From positions 620,001-684,000 of the forward strand of contig CM074814.1 of the NCBI GenBank assembly GCA_037447605.1: a DNA stretch of 64,000 nt. The letters are read 5' to 3'. The stretch comes from Zygnema circumcarinatum SAG 698-1b. Taxonomy: Eukaryota > Plantae > Zygnematophyceae. The notes under the pieces were generated by a model. That model ran no database searches, was not told the DNA's origin, and saw only the letters and a program-made list of their open reading frames with translations. The number at the start of each line of letters is the position of its first letter. Position 1 is the first letter of the stretch. This document shows, piece by piece, positions 37,509 to 48,386 of the stretch. Made by a program: the position numbers and the translations under genes.

Positions 37509-39857
37509 ATGGGTCGCTCGGCGGCTCTGCAAGTGAAGGAGCTGCAGCTGCAGCGCGGATACTTGAGCGATGCGCTGCAGAAATCGCGGGATAAGAGAGC
37601 GGATGCCACATGTTTGTTCCGCACTTCACTTCATTTAACTTCAGATCCATTTACTTTATTTTGTTTTCTTTCCATTTTTTAGATTTTTCAACTGCGCTTC
37701 CTGCAGCAATCTTCAGGGTCTGAGCGTCTGTGTATTTCTGTTGAAGTATTTAATACATCTGCTTAAGAATAACTCGTGCTCGAATTTGCTTCAGAATTCA
37801 ATCTGGAGGAGTATAAAGGAAAAATAAAGGAAAGGAAAAGGAGAAAATAAAGGGGGAGGAGGTCAGATAGGAGACGAAATGGTTAAGGACAATGCAGATG
37901 GATAGGACGAGAGGGACCGAGAGTTAAGGCGAGGGATGATGGTGGATGGGGTGAGGGAGGTGAGAGAAACTTGAAAAATGAACGTGATTACGAGCTGGAG
38001 GATTCTCAATGGGCTTCTGGACTACGCGTACTTGTAACACAGACTATAATTGAACATTTGTTCTTTACTCATTCTGGCCTCATATTGCCGGTGCAGTGTC
38101 CACATCTTTTCAGAAGCACAAGGAGGTGAAGAAAAGTGTGAACCCCGATTTGGAGTGCGTCCGGACCCTCACAGGCCATACAGGACGAGTAAGGCAACCG
38201 ACTTTTGACGAGATAATGTATGCAGTTGGGATGTGTGTTTTATAGTCTACTGAAGGAACATACAATCATGCCAGGCTATACTCGATTAGAGTCCTTGAGA
38301 TTGCATTATTTGTACAATGCATTGAGTTTTACTTCTTCTATGTGCAAGGACCAGCAGCCCCATTGAAATAGCAAGTTCATGTTTTGCTGTAAGTCAAGCG
38401 ATTTTCATGTCTTTATGGTCTTCCCAGTTTGCTATCCATTCAAGTCACAAATTCTTAAAGTCGGTCCATTCTAGATTCCGATTCTGTGCTGCCCTTCAAG
38501 ACGTCTTACCTCATGTTTCATTGCTTCACTTGCAGGTCTACGCTATAAATTGGTCTCAGCGGCAGGTTGATTCGATTGTCAGCGTCTCACAGGTGCTCCC
38601 ACAGACCCTCACTTCAGGGCTTACGTTTAGGGTTCTGTACCCTTGTCACGACTTATACTTTTTTTGAAATTTTCTCCGCATACAGAGTCTGCGGTTATGA
38701 CGTTCCTTTGCAGTGGTGTTTTTTCAAGCTGATAACCCACCCTTGACTGACTCTCCTCCTTCGTAGAATCTTCAGACTTCCTTAGGTCTCGATCCTGCTT
38801 GTTCAGAATCTTTGATTATTTTGTGTTCCAATTGCTCATATCATGTGTATTGAGATGTGCAGGATGGGAGGCTCCTTGTATGGGATGCTCTGACCGGCTT
38901 CAAAACAAATGTCATTCGACCCTCCTCCCAATGGCTCATGACCTGCGCTTTCTCCCCCGGAGGGGAATCCGTTGCTTGCGGAGGTCTTGACAATGCGTGC
39001 TCTATCTATCGATTAAGTCCGGACTTTGATCCCGAAGAGAATGTTCCGTGCTATCAGATGCTGGTAAGCTACTCACGTAATGCTCCCTCCCTTCCACCCC
39101 TCTTCCCCCCTCTCTCTCTCTCTCACACACACTTTCTCGCTCGCTCTCGCTCTCTGTCTCTACTCTCCTCGCACTCTCTCTCTCTCGCTCTGCTCCTTCG
39201 CTGTCTCTGTCGTTTCAGGGTTCAATTAAGCTTTATTTTGTTGAAGACGTTACATACCATATCAAAGTCATAATTTTGGAGGGAGCAAGAGACGTTACAG
39301 TAGACCATTCTGGATGGTTAGGGCTTTGGGATTTGTTAACGTCGTCAAGATTTGAGCAGAAGAATTGTTTCAACTCCCAGAAACATAGTCCCTCACTGCA
39401 GAAAGGCTTCAAAACCCTAAAATGTGTCTTCACTCGCGAGGCAGTAACATATGGGGGGGGTCAGGGATGCTGTGATGTGATGTGATTGAGGGAACAGACG
39501 GGGCACAATGGCTACATTTCATGTTGCCGTTATATACCGGAGAGAGAAAATTTAATCATCACAGCATCTGGAGATCAAACATGCATTCTTTGGAACTATG
39601 AGGTCAACGCACGACTTCAGACTTTTGCATCACATACAAGTGATGTCATGTGGTATGTACGGCATGGCAAACATCCTCCTTTTGTTTCTGGAAATCGTTG
39701 ACTTTTACAATGCTTCTTTTCCAGAAATAGCCTCAAAGGAAGTTTGAAACATGGCATTACTTTCATTTTCCGAATGTCCTGCAAACCCTTGAAGCCCATA
39801 AAAGTCCTGAAAGCTTCAAATCGCCCTAAAGATCCACGAAACTCTTTAATGCTTGAG

Positions 39858-39909
<52 letters not shown>

Positions 39910-41435
39910 TCTCTCTCTCTCTCTCGCACTCTCTCTCTCTCTCTAATTTCCAAAGCTTGAATCAACTTCAAAATGTTAAATCTCTTCCTCACCTTTCTTT
40001 GTGCAGCATCTCCCCCAGTCCTGTTGATCCTCACCAGTTTCTATCCGGCTCATGTGACGCGACATGTAAGTTGTGGGACACTCGCTCTGCAGACAATTCA
40101 GTCGCAACTTTTTACAGCGATGCCACGAATTCAGCAGATGTGAATTCAGTTCAGTTTGTGGGACATGGAAACTGTTTCGTGGCGGGATATGAGGATGGCC
40201 GATGTGCCGCATACGACACAAGAACAAGGCATCGGTTAGAGACTTATTCTCCTCAAAAGGTGAGAATCTGATGCGTTTTATGAGAGCTGAATTTGAAGTT
40301 TCTGCAATGTTTCCTCGCTCTGTTTGCTGCGGCTGTGAAGATATTAGGGCTGTGCCTTTATGAGGGCTTATGAGAACAGGAGTCTTTAGGGTTTCCAGAG
40401 TTATTGAAAGAGAAATAGAGCCAAGGCATTAGGGATTTGATTACTTTAATTTTCGGAGTTTTTCTGTTCATATAAGTCCCTGCCATCAAGGCTTCAAGTG
40501 TATTGTTTCCTCGGGCAGGCAATCTGAATTTTTTGTTGCAGAAAAATAGGTCGTTGAGAGGGAGGTCAAGGGAGTGACATCTGTCGAGACCTCTCTTTCT
40601 GGACGTCTTCTATTTGTCGCTTATGCATCTTCGGATCTTCTTATTTGGGATACTCTCACAGCCCAGGTTTGTTCCTTATAGTTCTGTATACTTTGTACTT
40701 TCCAACAGCTTGAAAACTCGTCCACACTGTAGCTCTTACTTTCGTTGATTGACCAATAAAATCATGGCAAAAAAATCAAGACCTGGAAGGGAAACAGAAC
40801 CGTTTCATCAGTGTTCCCGAAGGTAGTGGTTCTGCTGTGTAGCAGACTGACAGGTGGCAGAATGGCATTGGTCCCCGCAGGTTGTGGGCTGCCTCGATGA
40901 GCATCTGAAAAGAGTCACTTCTGTCGGTCTCTGCGCTGACGGCTCCGCTCTCTGCACAGCGAGCTGGGATGCAACTCTCAAGGTGAGCAAACAATTAGCT
41001 TTTCTTTCACTATCGCTACCTCCTCTCCCTCTGTCCTGTCCCCTGGGTTCCCCCACCTCCCACTGCCCCTCCTTTATCTTCCTGCTACTCTTCCCCCTTC
41101 TCTCTTACCCACTTCCCCTTTCTCGCTGACTACCCCCTTGCCCTCGTCCTTTTTTGTCTTCCCCCCCACTTCTCCCTCGTCTCGCTTCTCTTCTTCCTCC
41201 TCTCCCCCGCTCCCCCGTCCTCTAACGCCCCCCCCTTCTGCCTGCTTGTCTCTTCTTTCGACTTCTCCTCCCAATTCCCCCTCCCCTACCCCTTCTCTAT
41301 CTCACTCTCCCTCTGTCTCCTTCCCCCTCCAGTCTTTCCCAATTTTTACTCTTCCTAGTCATTCTATAAAAGTCAGTGTGCTCAAACCAACTCGCCTTGG
41401 TGGGTGTGAAGGTGTGGAGTACCGCCCCAACATAA
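37509..41435 (+). CDS. Heterotrimeric G-protein beta subunit (WD40), divergent
   Basis: About 9 exons: MGRSAALQVKEL..DKRADAT; RTLTGHTGR|VYAINWS; DGRLLVWDALT..WLMTCAFSP..VACGGLDNACSIY; GHNGYISCCRY..TASGDQTCILW; SGSCDATCKLWDTR; SGRLLFVAY; ALCTASWDATLK|VWSTAPT*. The last exon (41412-41435) is tentative. Confidence 0.85.
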
Positions 41436-41691
41436 CCTACCTTTACTTTATCAAAAAGGACACTGCGATTCTCGAGCAGCAGCAGCAAGTTCAACCTCAA
41501 CAAAGCTCTTTGTAATGTCGCCTTCACATTGGCCACTCCGCTGCAGTTACCTTTCCAGAAATTGAAGGAATTGGTGGAAATCGTTGCTTCAAATCGCGTC
41601 CTTATTTACCAGCCTTGCATGACCTAAAGCTCGCCTCTTATCAAGCCCTAGAACAGGCTAAAAGTCGGGCTAAAAGTGTGTTGTTATCAGG

Positions 41692-42315
41692 GTGTGAAGC
41701 AATAGGAGCACACAGTTGCAGTTTAGTTATTGGCTGCCCCTATCGCCTTCTGCCCACTTTAGAGTGGGGGGGTTCTGTGCCGCCCTGTCGTAGGGGCAGC
41801 TGAGGGACCACCCTCCCATGGTCCCTGCTTCCAATAGAACGAAAGTGACTGGGTGACCACGAACTCGTGTTTCTATTGTGGTCTACTAACAGAAGAGTGT
41901 GCAGAAAAAATGTGCAAAAAGAAAATGTAAAAAACCAGTGTAAAGGGTCACAAATGACCTATGAACAAGAGAAAGGCCAAGAGGGGAACTATGCTCCTCT
42001 GCTGTGTGAAGCAATAGGAGCACACAGTTGCAGTTTAGTTATTGGCTGCCCCTATCGCCTTCTGCCCACTTTAGAGTGGGGGGGTTCTGTGCCGCCCTGT
42101 CGTAGGGGCAGCTGAGGGACCACCCTCCCATGGTCCCTGCTTCCAATAGAACGAAAGTGACTGGGTGACCACGAACTCGTGTTTCTATTGTGGTCTACTA
42201 ACAGAAGAGTATGCAGAAAAAATGTGCAAAAAGAAAATGTAAAAAACCAGTGTAAAGGGTCACAAATGACCTATGAACAAGAGAAAGGCCAAGAGGGGAA
42301 CTATGCTCCTCTGCT
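41692..42315 (+). repeat. 312-bp direct tandem duplication
   Basis: 41692-42003 is nearly identical to 42004-42315; one visible G/A difference (agagtgtgcag vs agagtatgcag). Confidence 0.9.
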
Positions 42316-43280
42316 GCTTCGTTTCATACCAGGTTGAGCCCCTTCCTATGGAAGACGTGAACATCGCAAGCACAGCCAAGGCAGGAAGGACAAAGGCACT
42401 CAAGTAAAGTGTTGTTGTTTACATTAGATGATTGAACAATGTCCTACGTCTATTTGTAAACATTTTGGTACCATAGACCTCTTGTATTCTAGGACTTGGA
42501 ACCCCAAAACTTGGTATTAATTGCTATATAAGGAACGGAAACGGAAGCTTTTAACATAGCTGAAAGTTCGTTCTTCACATATTTGACAGCTTCTCCAAGT
42601 CTTTGTTGCGACATTCGTCATTCGTGAAGTCAGCTGAATTCGAGTTGACTGAATAACCAAGACCTAGTCTGAACCTGGCCACCAAGAGTCCATCTCAAAG
42701 CCTCTAAAGTCAATAGGATCGCCGTAAAGCAAAAATAGAAAAATAACAAGACTACGCGGAGACAGTACGGTCCCTTGGTAACGCCCCGCTCTTCGCCCGC
42801 CCCCGCCCAGCTCCCTCCCTCCCTCCGTACGGTCGCCCCAATAATGTGCCCGCCCCGCCCCGCCCCGCCGCCAGTCGCCGCCGTCCGCCTCGTTCGTTCG
42901 TCAGTTTTTGTTTGGGGGCCCGTTCCTTCCCTTCCCTTTCCTTCCCTCCGGTCGGTCGGTCCGGTCCGGTCCGCGCCCGTCCGCGGCCGCCGCGCCGCCC
43001 CGGAGGCAAGCGCTGCGCACCGCGTACGCACCGACATTCGCCCGTGCCACCGTGCCACCGCGTGCGCCGACGGCCCCTCCCTCGCACGTGTGCGTTGACT
43101 TCCGTCGGGGGGGGGGGGGGGGGTGGCGCCGTGGCGCGGCGAATAAAAGGGAGAGAAAGAGAGAGATGAGCAGCACCGCCTCGCTCTCGACCTCTGTCTC
43201 GCTCTCCGGCGCAGCGCCCTCCCTCCCTCCCTCCCTCCCTCCCTCTCTCCCTCCTGCTCTCAGAGCGCGCACCGCCCGCC

Positions 43281-44891
43281 ATGGCGGCCAAGCTTCAGGC
43301 GCGCTTCTTCACCCTCGCGATGCTTCTACTCGCAGCGCGCCACGTGGCAGCTGGGCGGCCGTTAAGGACGCTCAAGGCGAGCAGCGATGGCGGTGCAGCG
43401 TTGGCGGGAGAGTTCACGGAGTGTCCGAGCAGCCCCGCGCAGTACTGCGACTTCTACTTTGAGGGCTACGAGGCATCGCTGCCCGTCATCAGGTAGGCGC
43501 GCAGCCCGGCATCGCTGCGATGTGGCATTACGCGTTCGTGGCGCTTTTGATGCATCGCCGCCGCTTTTGATGGCCGGGGGGGTCTGGCTGACGGAGGAGG
43601 GGGGCGGGGCTGCCTGCCTGCATTCCTGTGCAGCCTGGAGGGGTCGCCCGACACTTCTGTGGGCCCTGTCGTGGTGGACTCCGCGAGCGGGCAGAGCGTG
43701 GAGGTGGACAGTACGGCCAACGCAGCGTTTCTGTGCGCGGGCGCGGCGCGGGTCAGCGCGGGCAACCAGTTCTATGCCAACGGAGAGGAGGCCACGCTCA
43801 AATTCCGCACGTTCAACACTGTAAGCGTCGGGCGGCACGGGGAATGCGGCATGCGAAAGAGTCTCGTGCTTGTACTTCCGCTGGTCAGATCTTGCATGCT
43901 AGATAGTTTTAATTTAGCACGAATTAACATCCGATTATTTGAAGTAAAGGAATACTTTAAAAGGAAAAGTTTGATACGTTTTATCTGACACACGATGGTG
44001 GCGCGCATGCAGCCTTCGAAGGCCTACTTCGAAAATTCGTGCTTCGTTCTTCCCCTCCAGTCCCTGCGCATCACCGCCGACGACGTCCCCCTCAACCTCA
44101 ACCGCGGTGACGGCAACCAACAGCGCTACCCCGATGCTCGCCGCTGCCTCGTCTTCACAACCGGCCCCCAAGGCATCTCTGCCGGCACGTGCAACGCTAC
44201 TTCCATCCCATCCCCTCCCCCTCCCACTCCTTCGCCTCCCCCTCCCTCTCCTCCCAATCCTTCCCCTCCCCCTCCCTCTCCTCCCCCTCCATCCCCTCCC
44301 CCTCCCACTCCTTCGCCTCCCCCTCCCTCTCCTCCACCCCCATCCCCTCCCCCTCCATCCCCTCCCCCATCCCCTCCCCCGCCCTCTCCTCCTCCATCCC
44401 CTCCCCCTCCCTCCCCTCCTCCCCCTTCTCCCCCTCCTTCCCCCCCTCCATGCAACACCTCCTGCCCTTTGACTCCCCTAGATCTGTGCGACTTCTACTT
44501 CGACGGCTACTCCACGGAGATCCCCACCTTCTCTCTGACGGGCGAGGCGAGGCGGCTGAGTCCCGGCCTCCGCACGGCGGTGACGGGCCGCGCGCTCGCC
44601 GTGGAGGTGGACAGCTCCGGCTCGGGCGCGGTCCTCTCCTGCCCGCCGCCGCCCGCCGTGGCCGCCACGACGGGCGACCAGTTCTTCCTCGCCGGCGAGG
44701 ACGCGGTCCTGCAGGCGCGCACCTTCCAGGCGGCGCCCGGCGTGGCGTTCTATGCAGGCCGCTGCGTGCTGTTGCCCGTGACGGCGTTCCGTGTGCCGTA
44801 CGGCCCCGCGTTGGCGTACAACGTCCCGCCCGACGACGAGCGCTTGTTCGCCGCCGCGCGCCGCTGCGTCGTCTTCAAGACCAAAGCGTGA
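43281..44891 (+). CDS. Secreted chimeric hydroxyproline-rich glycoprotein: signal peptide, two homologous Cys-containing domains, (SPPPP)n linker
   Basis: Exons 43281-43492, 43634-43820, 44013-44891 join in frame. Hydrophobic N-terminus FFTLAMLLLAA. Repeated motifs CDFYF(E/D)GY, VEVDS, G(N/D)QF, RTF, C(F/V)(V/L)LP and ARRC(L/V)VF(T/K)T flank a Ser-Pro3-4 tract. Confidence 0.8.
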
Positions 44892-46030
44892 CGGATGTCA
44901 CGATCCTTGTTGTTGGGCTTCATGACTCATGAGGTCGTCATGTTGTTGTTGGCGATGATGCGATAACCATTCGTTGTCGGGTCGGCGAGAACAGCGCACT
45001 GCGGCGGTGGACGCATCTGAGAGAGGCAGACTAGGAAGGATTTACTTGCTGTAAATCGCGTGAATTCGAGGAAGAGAGCAGGAAGGGGGAGGTAAATAGT
45101 GTAAATAGCATCTTAGGAAGTTTTGGTGTCGATAACTGGTTCGATTGCTGCTTCAAGAAGAGGGCGAGTGGCTCTGAGCGGGAGACTCGGAAGCAGCGAG
45201 GGAGCGGGCGGGCGCATATTGTTCCCTTAGTAATACTACGTACTGATTTTGTCCATGTACAGTTGATGGCCTCGCCATCGTGAAATCAATGCCATTTTTT
45301 TTTCCCTGCTTGTGTACATTTGTGTGTCATTAATTGTGTAACCAATGCAATGCTCGTAGCGCACGAGCGGAAGCACCTCCCCGAGAGCAGATTTTATGTT
45401 CAGTTAAACAGACTGTCTCTATGTCGCGAGGACAGGAAATCGGTAAATGCTGTTTTGCCAGAGCTTGCAAATCACAGAACCCTACCACTACCAATTAGAT
45501 TGAGAAAAGGAACAATTTTTTTTTTCTTAATTGTTCAATGTTCAATTGAAGAAACAGAGGAAGTTTCAGTTGAACTTTTGAACAAACAGATCGGATGTTT
45601 TGGAACTTGAGAAATTGAGCAATATGAGAAAAAGGTCAAAAGTTCAATATGTTCGCTTACACGTGCGCTTACTCGTGAAACTCTCTATCTCTCTCTCTAT
45701 CTTCTTCTTCTCTCTTTCTTCTTCTTCTTTCTTCTTTCTTCTTCTTCTTCTTTCTATCTTTCGCTGTGCCGAAACAGTGGTGTACCGTGAATCCTTCTCT
45801 CAGTCTCTCTTTAGGTCAATGGGTTTTCTCTAATTCTTTCACTGCACAAAAGAAGCCGACACTTGACATCAACACAGTTTATTGATGACCCAGCCAAAAC
45901 CCTTCCATAGAAAGAAGCCTTGATTTCTTTGTACAACATTTCCTACAAGCTAAAACTCCACAAGAGACCTTTCAAGCTTACACAAGCCTTCACTAGTGAG
46001 CAGGCACTACTTAAGCAGTCTGACTGCTCC

Positions 46031-47420
46031 CTACAACTTTGTGACCGGTCGTAAAGGCGCAGCGCCTGACCCACTCCCGAGATGCTTGAAGGCCGTCGCC
46101 ACAACTTTGTCCCCATGGCCGGCAAACCCCGTCCCTCCCTTCTCCAAATGAACCAAGTCTTTAGACTTACAAGGCGTAGAACATGATACACACGCATTGT
46201 CTACAACCACAAATTTCTCCGCACATTTCTTGCATACAACGTGCCCGCATGTCCTCAAAGCCGTGAGAGCCATGACATTAGTGAGAGTGGCCGAGCAGGA
46301 GCCACACATGAAGCGATCTCCACCTGCTGTGTCTACTTCGTCCGTCTCTCTTCCTGGCAGCTCTGTGAAGTGAATTTCAAAGAGGTCTTTCATCCTCAGC
46401 TTCTCCTTCCCTTCAGGACACACTGTGTGTGTATCTGGAGAATCCAACTTTTCCACTGCTTCGGGCGTCGCGGATGGAAGCCAGTAGGCTCTCATTGTTC
46501 GCAGAGCTTCTTCTTCGTATGCTGTTGTCTTCACGGAATTGGCTCCATGAAAACCTGAACCTGAGCTATTGCTTCTGCCCAACTGCCGCATATGGTCGTT
46601 TGCCATAGGGACTGCGCTGCTGTTTTGTCTGTCAAAGGCTTCTAACTCTCGCTCTCTTTCTGCAGCCTGCTGCTCCTGCTGGTCCTCCAGGGTTTGCTTT
46701 TCCTGTTGATGGTAGAGGGCTACCTTCCTGAACGAAGCGAGAAGGCACAATTTCAGATAAACGCTTTATGCTTTAAATTGCATGCATTTACAACTATAAC
46801 CATTGTATTTCTGGATATGTCTACTGCAGTTTTCCCAGAGTAATCCAGGCCCGATCCTATGCAAATTAGGATAAGCTATATTTGGCTCAACTTGAACTCA
46901 ATCAATAGCAATGAAAAGCTGAACAAGAGAAGAGTCTGCAAATAAATATTGAAAGACCAAGTGCACAATTGTCTACTTGGTCCTGGTGAGACAGAACAGA
47001 AACAGACTGCTTCCCTGCATCTCTTTCCCGTCGAAATTCAGCAACTGAGTTTGCAAAAATTGGGGAACAAAACGATTACAAAGTAGCAAAGCAAAGCGAA
47101 CGAGGGAGGGAGAGAGATGGAAGGGAGGAGTGAGAGACCTAAGCCTAGTAATATTGGTGAAAAGAGAAAAGCACATTGCACCTCTGAATGTCTTTCTTCT
47201 GAGCGAGAAGGCATGAGTAGATGCAGTCGCGGCAGAAAAGGTGGCCCTTCTTGCAGGAAAGCGGCTCCAGCACAGACTTAAGGCAGAGCCCGCACGCATC
47301 AAAAGGCTTCAAAGAGTCCTTGCCGAGCCGCTCCCGCTGCGTGCCAAACCCTAACTTGCGCTTCTCCTCATACGTGAAGTGCGCGAGATCGTTGTTGTTC
47401 TTCGAATGGCGCTGCGGCAT
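46031..47420 (-). CDS. NOSIP: NOSIP / CSU1-like RING/U-box E3 ligase
   Basis: Exons 47420-47182 and 46727-46031: MPQRHSKNNNDLAHFTYEEKRKLGFGTQRERLGKDSLKPFDACGLCL..GHLFCRDCI; YWLPSATP; CGHVVCKKC; GGTGF. Confidence 0.92.
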
Positions 47421-48174
47421 ATTGAAGGCGAGAGGGAAGGCAGGGAGAGGGAACAGCAATGGGCAGGAGAGGGATGCGGCAGAGGAGAGAGGGAGAGAGG
47501 GAGAGGGTAGGAGAGAGGCTTACACAACAGAGGAGAGCAAGAAGCGTAATTTTAGGGTTACGGAGCGTCCCACAGGTTACGGTATCTACAATTTGGACGT
47601 TAGTACATACCGTCCGCGACGCTAATATCTGCTTCCAGGACGCTGGTCTCGGCCTTCAGGGACGCCTTGAGGGACGGTCGGAGCCGTACAGTTAGGGTTG
47701 GGATGGACTTGTTCATAGGGGCACAGCCTTGGAGAACAAGCGCACAAAGACGTGGGCCGAGGGCCGGTCCCCTCACGTACTTCAGCCCCGGTGTGCGCCT
47801 TCCACTGTCAGCTTCACCTTAATCCGCCATGTTCCAAACATGAAAGTCGATTTGTTGGATTTTCCCATTGAAACGTGATCGCGGTTTAACCACGTGGCAT
47901 CGTACGGCCCTCTGTCTATATTTCCACGTATCCCACGACCCCCGGGGCACGATTAACGACACTACTCTATGCCCGGAATGGGATAAGCACACAGAGCTTT
48001 GTCCGGGTACGTGTTTGGGTCACAGGGCTGGGGCGGTGCTCTCTTCGCTGTGCCCCCACCCCTCCTTACAGTTCACGAGGCCCACAAAAGGCTGAACGGT
48101 TGAGCCTCAACCTGAACATTCCGCCGGAATCTGTGACCGGCCGTCCCGCCCGCCAATGGTGACGTCATAATGGA

Positions 48175-48315
48175 GTACTGTACCGTTGTACGCGCGGTGT
48201 AAGATGCTGTACAGTACTGTACAATATATGACGCCATTCTTGTACGAGTTTGCACGCTATTGTACAAACTAGCATAAAATAGTACAAACTACGTCAAACT
48301 CGTACGAATTGGTAC
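48175..48315. promoter_or_regulatory. Cluster of 11 GTAC motifs (candidate copper-response elements, SBP/SPL sites) in the NOSIP-CCS bidirectional promoter
   Basis: GTAC at 48175, 48180, 48188, 48209, 48214, 48219, 48242, 48262, 48282, 48302 and 48312, i.e. 72-212 bp upstream of the CCS ATG. Confidence 0.55.
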
Positions 48316-48386
48316 GAAATCTGCGACGCTGTGCAGCTCTGCTAGAAGGTATCCGGCAGGGCCGGCTCTGGTTCGAGAGGAAGGCC

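Noticed and set aside
42333-42407. Alternative last G-beta exon (VEPLPMED..ALK*)
   Set aside because: It lacks the terminal VW/IW strand of the seventh WD repeat; exon 41412-41435 (VWSTAPT*) fits better.
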